In this document: piece by piece, positions 1 through 8,086 of the stretch
How the letters are laid out: every line of letters starts with the position of its first letter
How positions within the stretch are numbered: position 1 is the stretch's first letter
Assembly (NCBI GenBank): GCA_021654395.1
Contig: AP024486.1
Coordinates: forward strand, 300,001 to 332,000
Direction of reading: 5' to 3'
DNA: 32,000 bases
Source of the DNA: Candidatus Saccharimonadota bacterium
Lineage (GTDB): Archaea > Micrarchaeota > Micrarchaeia > Micrarchaeales > Micrarchaeaceae
Program-made: the position numbers and the translations under genes
Notes under the pieces: generated by a model
Databases searched by the model: none
The model's input: the letters and a program-made list of their open reading frames with translations, nothing else
Told to the model about the DNA's origin: nothing

Positions 1-983
1 TTATCAGATACTCCAGATATAAGTAGCTTTAGATAGCCAAGGTATGGTATTATATATACAACCTTACCATTATAATTGCTATAGTTTACAGGATAGTTGC
101 CATACTGCTGATCTAAACCAGGATTATTATCTCCTTTTGTTAAGATGCTGTAGTTACTTCCATATCTAAGTATCGCATATACTCTATGAGATATTAATGT
201 AGCGCCTTCTTGATAGAATGTATCATTCGGTGTAGTTGAATAGACTATTATAGAGTTATTTCTATCCCCATAGATAGTTATATTGTTAACTATCAGAGCC
301 TTCAAGTAAGCTATCTTCATAGAGCTTCCATTTATATAAAGTCTTGTTGCATTCGTACATTCGAAGCCTATGAAGCCGTTATAAAAAGAGCTATTATATA
401 TAAGCCTTTTCGAGTACGGGTTATATAGGCCTAGCTTGAAGCCTGCGCTGTAATTATCTGATATCTCAATTCGATATCCAAACTCAGTATTATTTAGCTT
501 CTTATAGTAAACGCATTCATACTGATAAGAGCTAAGATTATTATAAAGCTGCCTATACTGATATCCAGTTATATTTATTATAGGTGCCTTAAGCTGATCT
601 ATACTAACTCTATTTATTAGTATTATATCTCCCCTGTGTAAGTTAGGCAGCATGCTACAGCTAGGTACAACATCTAAAGGATATCTTGAACCAGTAAATA
701 TGCTTAATCCATAGAATAATAAGACGATTACTACAGATACTATTATAAGCTCTATAGCGGCCTTCTTTAAGCCTTCCTCTACTGCAATATTATAGATCTC
801 AAATATTAATATAAGTATAAATAGCAGTATGCCTATAGCGCTAAGTATAGCTAAAAGTAAGCTATTATATCTTAATATAAAGTATAATATTAGGACTAAT
901 ATTAGTAGTATATAAAGTATATTTGTATTTATTGTTCTCCTTTTAGATCTTGATCTGCCCTTATTAGAATCATGGCTTCTCAT
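1..983 (-). CDS. Signal peptidase I, archaeal/ER type (S26B, Sec11-like); C-terminal end runs off the window
   Basis: Absent from the ORF track because no stop lies inside the window. Reading the minus strand from the ATG at 983 (MRSHDSNKGRSRSKRR...), I checked every codon down to position 1 and found no in-frame stop (327 codons). Hydrophobic N-terminal segments are followed by the Ser box PSCSMLPNLHRGDIILI, the His box LISHRVYAI and LTKGDNNPGLDQ. These are the catalytic boxes of archaeal-type signal peptidases. Confidence 0.7.
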   Translation of the reverse strand, partial: MRSHDSNKGRSRSKRRTINTNILYILLILVLILYFILRYNSLLLAILSAIGILLFILILIFEIYNIAVEEGLKKAAIELIIVSVVIVLLFYGLSIFTGSRYPLDVVPSCSMLPNLHRGDIILINRVSIDQLKAPIINITGYQYRQLYNNLSSYQYECVYYKKLNNTEFGYRIEISDNYSAGFKLGLYNPYSKRLIYNSSFYNGFIGFECTNATRLYINGSSMKIAYLKALIVNNITIYGDRNNSIIVYSTTPNDTFYQEGATLISHRVYAILRYGSNYSILTKGDNNPGLDQQYGNYPVNYSNYNGKVVYIIPYLGYLKLLISGVSD

Positions 984-3900
984 TACTATCTATCTTAGTT
1001 GCCTTGCTTTTAATAATCTCTTCTACTCTTTTTTCTACAACCTTAGAGCTGTCTTCAGTCTTTATAACACCTATGATTGAGTCTGCATTAACTATTGTAC
1101 TATCATTATGGCTTATAACTATAAACTGCGATCTATCGCTTAGACTCTTTATGATCTTTGATAGCTTCTTTGAGTTCTCTTTATCTAGAGCAGCATCTAT
1201 CTCATCAAATAGATAAAAGCCTTTAGGCTTCATCATCTGTATAGCAAGCAGTAGAGTTATCATTATTAATGATCTCTCTCCTCCAGATAGTACATGCAAT
1301 GAATGCTTTCTCTTATTATCATATAGTTCTATAATAAGCCCAGACTCAAAGGGCTTATCCTTATCTGTTAATGTAAATTCTACCTTTTTATCTGAGATCT
1401 TAGAGTATAATATGCTAAAGTTCTCTTTTATTCTTTCTAATGTATCAAAGAAGATCTCTCTCTTCTTGTATTCTATCTTGTTTATCATGTCTATTATCGA
1501 GTCTCTCTCAGCGACTAGCTTCTCTAGTATGCTATTCATCTCTTCATACTCAGATCTCTTCTGATCATATACCTCTATAGCTTTAAAGTTTACATTTGTA
1601 AAGCTATTTAGCTCGTTATTCAGCTGTTTAAGCATCTCAGTAAGCTGCTGCTCATCTCCATTGACAATCTCAAAGTCATTAAAGCTCTTTAACTCTGCTT
1701 CTACATCTATCTTGGAGCTTTCTAACTGCGCTCTTTTATCGTTTAAGCTACTCAATCTATATCTTAGCTCTGTTATAGTATTACCTAACTGCTTTATTGT
1801 ATTATCTAGATCTACCTCTAATCTTGTTAGCTCATCTAACCTTGAGTATAGCTGCTTTGTGGAGCTTATTAGCTGATTATATCTTGATTCATGCTCCTTT
1901 ATCTTATCATCTAGCTCAGCAGCTCTAGCTTTCATCTCCTTTATAGATCTCTCTAGTGCATCTAACTCATTCCTTTTATTAGATAGCTCATTATCTATGT
2001 TTTTAATGCTATCCTCTAGCATCTGAAGCTCTTTCTTGCTAGACGATAGCTCCGCCACTTTCTTATTTAGCTCCTCTGCCTTACTCTTATCATCAAGCAT
2101 TCTATTAGTAAGCTCACTTAGCCTCTTATCTATCTCATTCATCTTATTTGATAGTAACTCTCTTTTATTAGTAAGCTCACTTAGCCTCTTATCTATCTCA
2201 TCTAGTCTTTTAGTTATCTCATCCTTCCTCTTTGAGCTGCTATTAAGATTAGCCAATAGATTGTTGTAATCATCATTTAAGCTAAAGAGCTCCTTTGATA
2301 AGCTTTCATCTATTATCTCTATCTTTGCGATCTCCTTTTCAAGCCTCATCTTTAGCTCCTCTTTCTCAGTATATCTATTATCTATATCAGATAGCATGCT
2401 ATTAATCTCATCTAACTTACTTTCAATTAGCTTGGGTGAGCTCTGCTGTTTTAGTTCTCCACCAGTCACTAAGGCATTTGGCTCAACTATATCACCATCT
2501 AGGCTTACATACCTTCTTCCAAGCCCGTATTGCTTTGCTTCAGAGATCTCTCTAACAACGTATGTATTTGATAGTAAGAATACTGCAAGCTTTCTAAGTC
2601 TTGGGTCGTAAGAGACATGGTTTATAAGAGCATCTAATAGGCTATCGAATCTGTCATCTGCCTTAACATCCTTCAACGGTATAAATGTTGCACGTTGAAG
2701 CTTCATCCTCTTTATTATATTTATTGCTCTCTCTGCAGTCTCTATAGAGTCAACAACAAAGTAGTTTATTCTATTACCTAAAGCTGCGTAGAAGGCCTTC
2801 TCGTATAAAGAGTCTGCTTTGACTAGCTCAGCAACAACTCCATAGTAGCCTTCTCCAAGCATCTCCCTAAATCTGCTTTCAAGCTCTTCAAGGCTTTTAT
2901 TAGAGTATCTTATTAGCTCCTCTTTTAACCTCAGCTGCTCCTCCTCTAGTTTAGATCTATTTATCTTAAGCTCTCTTAGCTCTTTATCTATACTATCAAT
3001 CTCAATTTTCATCTTAGATATCTTCTCTCTATTACTCTTTAAGGTGTTCTTTAACTCGTTTATTCTATTGAGCATTAGATCAGGATCTTTATCATTCTGT
3101 TTATTTAAAAGATTAAACTCTGCCTCTAGCTTATATCTCTCTTCTTTTAATGATGATATATTCAAATCTATCTGATTTAGCTCTCTGCTTATACTATCTC
3201 TTTCACTTATAAGCTGCTTCATCAGGTCATCGCTATTATCGCTTCTGTTATACTGCTTTATCTCTTCCTCGAGCTTCCTTACAATATCATTAAGCTCATT
3301 AGCTCTACTTTCTAAGGATGAATTTTTAATCTCTAGATCTTTAATCTCCTTATTTAATGACTCTAATCTGCTTTCCCTCTCTGTAATCTTAACCATTATA
3401 GACTCTCTTTCTTTCTTAAAAGACTCTAGCTCAGCATATACTGGGGAGTTCATATCAACTCTGCTCTTTATCTCTCTATTTAGACTATCTATCTCTTCCC
3501 TTATCTCATTAAGCTTATTACTCTTAAGACTTAATGCATCATTAGCATCATTATATCTCTTATTAATACTTTCAATCTCTTTATCTATACTCTCAATCTC
3601 ATTGATTATCTTATCTCTTCTTATAGATAGCAAAGTCGCTCTAATATTCTTTATCTGCTTGCTTATCTGGTTATACCTTATAGCAGTATCTCTCTCAGCT
3701 TCTACCTCTTTAAGATTCTTTAATCTCTCCTCTAAGAGCATCTTAGCAGCATTTATCTTTACATTTACCTGCTCTAGTTCATCTAATGCCCTTCTCTTCT
3801 TATCATCAAACTCCTTTATACCTGCTGCCATCTCAATTAGCTCTCTTCGCTCCTTTTGATTAGCATCTATTATCTTCTGTATCTCTCCTTGGAGCATAAG

Positions 3901-4293
3901 ATTTATATCCTCTATCTTAGCAGAGTATGAGTCAAGAAGCTCTACTATCTGATTTCTAGTAGCCTTTTTACCATTAAGCTTATAAGATATCTTATTATCT
4001 CTATCGACTTTTTTAGTTATCTCTATATCTGCTTCACCGCTTAACTTTAATGTAATCTCCATAGACTCATTCTTACCAGAGCTATTATTTATAAGCTCAG
4101 CAGCATTACTTATTCTATATTTCTTAAATGACAGATCACTTAAGGCAAAAGCTATCGCTTCTATTATCGATGACTTTCCAGATCCATTAGGTCCAACAAT
4201 GCAATTAAAGCCGCTAGTAAATCTTATCCTTTCCCTTTTAAATGATTTAAAGTTCTTTAAAATAAGAGTATCTATATATAGTCTGGCCGCCAT
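970..4293 (-). CDS. smc: SMC chromosome segregation/condensin ATPase
   Basis: 1107 aa. Walker A GPNGSGKSS, long heptad-rich coiled-coil arms, a central hinge (GYYGVVAELVKAD...YFVVDSIETAERAINIIKRMKLQRATFIPL), ABC signature LSGGERSL and Walker B FYLFDEIDAALD. Confidence 0.95.
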   Translation of the reverse strand: MAARLYIDTLILKNFKSFKRERIRFTSGFNCIVGPNGSGKSSIIEAIAFALSDLSFKKYRISNAAELINNSSGKNESMEITLKLSGEADIEITKKVDRDNKISYKLNGKKATRNQIVELLDSYSAKIEDINLMLQGEIQKIIDANQKERRELIEMAAGIKEFDDKKRRALDELEQVNVKINAAKMLLEERLKNLKEVEAERDTAIRYNQISKQIKNIRATLLSIRRDKIINEIESIDKEIESINKRYNDANDALSLKSNKLNEIREEIDSLNREIKSRVDMNSPVYAELESFKKERESIMVKITERESRLESLNKEIKDLEIKNSSLESRANELNDIVRKLEEEIKQYNRSDNSDDLMKQLISERDSISRELNQIDLNISSLKEERYKLEAEFNLLNKQNDKDPDLMLNRINELKNTLKSNREKISKMKIEIDSIDKELRELKINRSKLEEEQLRLKEELIRYSNKSLEELESRFREMLGEGYYGVVAELVKADSLYEKAFYAALGNRINYFVVDSIETAERAINIIKRMKLQRATFIPLKDVKADDRFDSLLDALINHVSYDPRLRKLAVFLLSNTYVVREISEAKQYGLGRRYVSLDGDIVEPNALVTGGELKQQSSPKLIESKLDEINSMLSDIDNRYTEKEELKMRLEKEIAKIEIIDESLSKELFSLNDDYNNLLANLNSSSKRKDEITKRLDEIDKRLSELTNKRELLSNKMNEIDKRLSELTNRMLDDKSKAEELNKKVAELSSSKKELQMLEDSIKNIDNELSNKRNELDALERSIKEMKARAAELDDKIKEHESRYNQLISSTKQLYSRLDELTRLEVDLDNTIKQLGNTITELRYRLSSLNDKRAQLESSKIDVEAELKSFNDFEIVNGDEQQLTEMLKQLNNELNSFTNVNFKAIEVYDQKRSEYEEMNSILEKLVAERDSIIDMINKIEYKKREIFFDTLERIKENFSILYSKISDKKVEFTLTDKDKPFESGLIIELYDNKRKHSLHVLSGGERSLIMITLLLAIQMMKPKGFYLFDEIDAALDKENSKKLSKIIKSLSDRSQFIVISHNDSTIVNADSIIGVIKTEDSSKVVEKRVEEIIKSKATKIDSNEKP
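2103..2201 (-). repeat. Perfect 36-bp direct repeat (2103-2138 and 2166-2201), period 63 bp, inside smc
   Basis: Both copies read TATTAGTAAGCTCACTTAGCCTCTTATCTATCTCAT on the plus strand. They encode EIDKRLSELTN twice, 21 aa apart, in the post-hinge coiled-coil arm. Confidence 0.9.
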
Positions 4294-4314
4294 AATTAAG
4301 TTTTACATTTTAAG

Positions 4315-4322
4315 CTTTATAA
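4315..4322 (-). promoter_or_regulatory. TATA-like box (TTATAAAG on minus strand) about 25 nt upstream of the smc ATG
   Basis: Lies in the 34-nt gap between the site-2 protease stop and the smc start. The spacing fits a leaderless archaeal transcript. Sequence only, and AT-rich background makes such matches frequent. Confidence 0.3.
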
Positions 4323-4327
4323 TACTT

Positions 4328-5380
4328 CTATCTTGCTGCATGCTTGTGTAGCCTTAGTACTGCCTCTATATGGTTTATATCTGTTATACCCACTAGCTTT
4401 CCTTTCTTATTAACTATTCCAATTATATTTACATCAGAAGATCTTATTCTGTCTATATACTCACTAAGCCATTTGTTATACTGCATAGTTAGAATCTCTA
4501 CACGCGGCAGATCGCTAATATGCTTATGCCTATTATTTAATCTAGTTAGATCTGTCACTAGATAGTAGCTTTCATTCTCTTTATATATTACTACTCTTGT
4601 ATGCCTCTTTAGTATCTCAGATAGAAGCCTATTTAAAGAGGCATTCTTATCTATAAGTATATAGCTATGCTGTATTACATCTCTTACTTTTAGCTTCTTA
4701 CTTATTTCTTTAAGCTCTGCATAATAAAGCTCAATCTTAGCAGAGGTGTATATGAAGTATATTACTACAAGATCTATTATAAAAAGAATCTCTTTGTATA
4801 ATAATGAGTAGCTATTAAAGAAGAATGTATATACAAATACTCCTAAAAACATTATAAAAGAGAATATGTTACTTACAAATACTGCCTTCCTAGTTGCTTT
4901 TAGATAACCGTCTTTCTTCTCTAGATAGCTCCTTAGTAATCTGCCACCATCTAATGGAAACCATGGAATAAGATTTAATACAGCAAGAAGTATATTTATT
5001 ATAAAGCCTGTCTGTAGCAAGTAAGTTACTATAGGTGATGCACTTATAGTTGCAAGTAATCCGAATATACTTCCAAGAAGTAGATTAGTTAATGGTCCAA
5101 TAAAGGTGACATTAAACTCTATGTAGGGCCTTTTGTATGAGCTATCTATTATTGTACCCCCTCCAAATGGCAGTACTATAAGTATCTTTTTAACACTAAG
5201 TCTATATCTTACTGCTAAGTACGAATGAGCTATCTCATGAAGCAATACAGATAGTAATACTATAAGCCATATCAAAAAGTAAACTGCGCCGCCAAGAGAG
5301 GCTATAAGTAAGAATAGAACTGATAGCCAATGTAGCTCTACCCTTACTCCCTTAAACTTGAATAGATATAAAGATTCCAT
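4328..5380 (-). CDS. Site-2 protease (peptidase M50) with C-terminal CBS-domain pair
   Basis: Multi-pass membrane N-terminal half with HExxH (LLHEIAHSY) and the NxxPxxxxDGG motif (LNLIPWFPLDGGRLL). The soluble C-terminal ~130 aa have two CBS-like repeats (VRDVIQHSYILID..., ...IIGIVNKKGKLVGITDINHI). Confidence 0.85.
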   Translation of the reverse strand: MESLYLFKFKGVRVELHWLSVLFLLIASLGGAVYFLIWLIVLLSVLLHEIAHSYLAVRYRLSVKKILIVLPFGGGTIIDSSYKRPYIEFNVTFIGPLTNLLLGSIFGLLATISASPIVTYLLQTGFIINILLAVLNLIPWFPLDGGRLLRSYLEKKDGYLKATRKAVFVSNIFSFIMFLGVFVYTFFFNSYSLLYKEILFIIDLVVIYFIYTSAKIELYYAELKEISKKLKVRDVIQHSYILIDKNASLNRLLSEILKRHTRVVIYKENESYYLVTDLTRLNNRHKHISDLPRVEILTMQYNKWLSEYIDRIRSSDVNIIGIVNKKGKLVGITDINHIEAVLRLHKHAAR

Positions 5381-5384
5381 AGCT

Positions 5385-5786
5385 CTACCCTTTATACTTG
5401 CTTAATGCCTTCTGCGTAGCCCTTAATATAAGAGTTGCACAGTTTAATCTAACAGGCCCTGGATCAATCTTTATAAGATCTATTAGCTCCTTTACAGAGA
5501 ATTTTCTTATTAGCTCAATATCTTTACCTTTTGCAAAATCTGTGAAGATGCTTGCAGATCCTATGCTTATTGCACATCCCTGACCCTCAAAGCTTATATC
5601 CTCTATCTTCTTGTCTTTTACTTTTATATAAACTGTTAGAACATCACCGCATACTGGATTAGATTCCTTAAACTCCGCATCTGCAGACTCTAATTTTCTC
5701 TTATTGTGTGGATGCTCATAGTATGATATTATCGCTTCCGCATAAAGCTTCTTAATCTCATCATCTGAGTCTTCCATAAAGATCAT
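5385..5786 (-). CDS. sufU: SufU-type (NifU/IscU-like) sulfur-transfer/scaffold protein
   Basis: Three conserved Cys in SufU-type contexts: NPVCGDV, GQGCAISIGSASIF and RLNCATL. Lies immediately downstream of, and overlapping, sufS. The start could be the M4 ATG at 5777. Confidence 0.8.
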   Translation of the reverse strand: MIFMEDSDDEIKKLYAEAIISYYEHPHNKRKLESADAEFKESNPVCGDVLTVYIKVKDKKIEDISFEGQGCAISIGSASIFTDFAKGKDIELIRKFSVKELIDLIKIDPGPVRLNCATLILRATQKALSKYKG

Positions 5787-7017
5787 CTCCTTTAAATATC
5801 TTATAAGTTTTCTCTATTGCCTCTACAGCTCTATCTATCTCCTCTTTCTTGTTATAAAGATAGAAGCTCATTCTAGAGACAGCAGCTATCCTTGTCAGCT
5901 CTGTAACTAGAGGCATAGCGCAGTGATGGCCTGCTCTTATAGCTATCCCTTCAGAGTCGAAGATCTGTGCGACATCATGCGGATGCACTCCATTAATCTC
6001 AAATGATATTACTCCTGCTCTTACCGATAGATCTCTCGGTCCAAAAGTTGTAACATAATCTAGCTCATCAAGTCTCTTTAAGGCATACTCAGTTAGCTCT
6101 CTCTCATGCTGCTTTATATTATCCATACCTATCTTATTTAGATACTCTATGGCTGCTTTTAGTCCTATTCCTCCTTCTATATTTGATGTTCCTGCCTCGA
6201 ACTTCCATGGAAGTTCATTCCATGTATGTGAATGCTTCTCAACAGTCATTATCATATCTCCACCTCCGTATAAAGGCTCTGTCTCCTCTAGGATCTCCTC
6301 TCTTCCATACAAGCAGCCTATTCCTGTAGGACCTAGCATCTTATGTCCTGAAAATGCTAGGAAGTCGCAATCTATATCTCTTACATCTACTTTCATGTGC
6401 GGTACTGATTGTGCTCCATCTACTAATACTGTTGCTCCTACCTCATGCGCTCTCTTCGTAATATACTTTATATCATTTACTGTTCCTAAGACATTAGATA
6501 CATGAGTTACTGCGACTATCTTTGGCTTCTTCTCAAGCTCTTTCTCGAGACTTTCTAGATCCAGCTTATAGCTATTCATATCAACTTTAACGTAATCTAG
6601 TATAGCACCTTTTCTCTCAGCTAGTAGCTGCCAAGGCACTAGATTGCTATGATGCTCCATCTCTGTTATAAGTATATGATCTCCTTCTTCTATCACTTTA
6701 TTACCATATGTAAGTGCAACAAGATTTATTGCTTCTGTTGTATTTCTAACGTATATTATCTCTCTATAAGACCTCGCATTTATAAACTTCTTTACAAGCT
6801 CTTTTGATTCTGTATACTCTTCTGTAGATCTCTCAGAGAATTCGTATATACCTCTGTGTATGTTGGCATTATACTCCTTATAGAAGCGATCTATTGCATC
6901 TATAACATAGTAAGGCTTCTGTGATGTAGCTGCACTATCTAGATATACTAATGGCTTACCACGCATCTTCTGCTTAAGTATTGGGAAATCCTCTCTAATC
7001 TTATCAACGTCATACAT
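5761..7017 (-). CDS. sufS: Cysteine desulfurase, group II (SufS)
   Basis: 418 aa aminotransferase class V fold. PLP-lysine motif FSGHKMLGPTGIG and catalytic Cys loop RAGHHCAMPL, typical of SufS/CsdA. Confidence 0.9.
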   Translation of the reverse strand: MYDVDKIREDFPILKQKMRGKPLVYLDSAATSQKPYYVIDAIDRFYKEYNANIHRGIYEFSERSTEEYTESKELVKKFINARSYREIIYVRNTTEAINLVALTYGNKVIEEGDHILITEMEHHSNLVPWQLLAERKGAILDYVKVDMNSYKLDLESLEKELEKKPKIVAVTHVSNVLGTVNDIKYITKRAHEVGATVLVDGAQSVPHMKVDVRDIDCDFLAFSGHKMLGPTGIGCLYGREEILEETEPLYGGGDMIMTVEKHSHTWNELPWKFEAGTSNIEGGIGLKAAIEYLNKIGMDNIKQHERELTEYALKRLDELDYVTTFGPRDLSVRAGVISFEINGVHPHDVAQIFDSEGIAIRAGHHCAMPLVTELTRIAAVSRMSFYLYNKKEEIDRAVEAIEKTYKIFKGDDLYGRLR

Positions 7018-7020
7018 ATA

Positions 7021-7752
7021 TTACACCTTTATCGATGAGTAACCCTCTCTCTCAATCTTCTCTATAATAGTAGAATCGCCTTCCATTACAAACTTTCCAT
7101 TAAGTAGTACATGCACAGAATCTGGTTTTATATACTTGAATATTCTGCTGTAATGTGTTATTATAATCATAGACATATTAGTTTCCTTATGTATCTGGTC
7201 TAAGTACTCTGCAACTATCTTTAGAGAGTCAACATCAAGTCCAGAGTCCGGCTCATCAAGTATTGCAAGCTTTGGCTTAACTAACGCTAGCTGCAGTATC
7301 TCTGACTTCTTCTTCTCTCCACCAGATAGACCAAAGTTAACTGCTCTGCTAGTAGCGTCTCTTGGTAAGCCTAGCTTACTGCTTATCTCTTTCATACTAT
7401 TTATTAGTGTCATTATATCTGTAGTAGAGCCTCTACTTTCAACTACATTCTTCATAAATGTTGTAAGATTTATTCCTTCTATATGTGGGGGATCTTGAAA
7501 CTGCATAAAGATGCCCATCTTCGCTCTCTCATCTGGAGCTTTATCATTTATCTTAATGTTATCGAATATTATATCTCCTCTTTCTATCTTGTACTTTGGA
7601 TGCCCTGTTATTGTCTTTGCTAAAGATGACTTTCCAGATCCATTAGGTCCCATTACTGCTATTATCTCTCCTTTATCTACATCTAGATTTATATTCTCTA
7701 GAACTCTCTTCCCTTCGACATTTACATATAGATCTCTTATTGACAGTATCAT
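7021..7752 (-). CDS. sufC: Fe-S cluster assembly ATPase SufC
   Basis: Walker A GPNGSGKSS, signature LSGGEKKK, Walker B LAILDEPDSGLD, and ITHY near the H-loop. No transmembrane partner, and it sits in a suf context. Confidence 0.9.
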   Translation of the reverse strand: MILSIRDLYVNVEGKRVLENINLDVDKGEIIAVMGPNGSGKSSLAKTITGHPKYKIERGDIIFDNIKINDKAPDERAKMGIFMQFQDPPHIEGINLTTFMKNVVESRGSTTDIMTLINSMKEISSKLGLPRDATSRAVNFGLSGGEKKKSEILQLALVKPKLAILDEPDSGLDVDSLKIVAEYLDQIHKETNMSMIIITHYSRIFKYIKPDSVHVLLNGKFVMEGDSTIIEKIEREGYSSIKV

Positions 7753-8081
7753 AATGATTCACCTAAGACACAGCTCTGGTTTGTCTTTAAGTAGCATAGC
7801 TTACATATATTGGCTTGGGCTTCCTTGTAGTTCATCTCCTTTATGCTATCTTTGATCTTATCCACAAGCTTTGCGCTCTCTTTATCGTTTAGCAGAAGCT
7901 CCATTACCTTTTTACCATCTATCTTATATCTGTTATTTAGGGCTTTACTAACTGCTGCCTGAGTTATTCTGAGTCTCTTAGAGATCTCTAACTCATTTAA
8001 GCCCTCATCTCTAAGCTTGTATATTATATAGTATCTAAGTAAAGGCAGTACTCTTTTATTAAAGTCCTCTATAGCATCCAT
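7749..8081 (-). CDS. Small helix-turn-helix regulator with C-terminal Cys triad (putative Fe-S-sensing suf regulator)
   Basis: 110 aa. HTH-like segment LNELEISKRLRITQAAVSKALNNR. C-terminal ICKLCYLKTNQSCV gives C-x2-C-x7-C. Its stop overlaps the sufC start by 4 nt, and it lies 5 nt downstream of sufD. Confidence 0.55.
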   Translation of the reverse strand: MDAIEDFNKRVLPLLRYYIIYKLRDEGLNELEISKRLRITQAAVSKALNNRYKIDGKKVMELLLNDKESAKLVDKIKDSIKEMNYKEAQANICKLCYLKTNQSCVLGESL

Positions 8082-8086
8082 ATCTA

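Noticed and set aside
2103-2201. Two identical 36-bp repeats separated by a 27-bp spacer, superficially like a minimal CRISPR array
   Set aside because: There are only two copies, in frame inside the smc coiled coil and encoding a duplicated peptide. There is no leader and no cas genes in the window.
1004-3859. Five plus-strand ORFs of 70-85 aa (1004-1216, 1661-1876, 2036-2269, 2396-2611, 3602-3859) inside smc
   Set aside because: All are antisense to a strongly supported 1107-aa gene. Their translations are Ser/Leu/Ile low-complexity, as expected when a K/E/L-rich coiled-coil gene is read backwards. None has a start context or motif.
6149-7855. Plus-strand ORFs of 118 aa (6149-6505) and 114 aa (7511-7855)
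   Set aside because: They are antisense to sufS and to sufC/HTH, which carry unmistakable catalytic motifs. The composition is Ser/Pro/Phe-biased with no recognisable domain. Long antisense frames are expected from this genome's codon bias.
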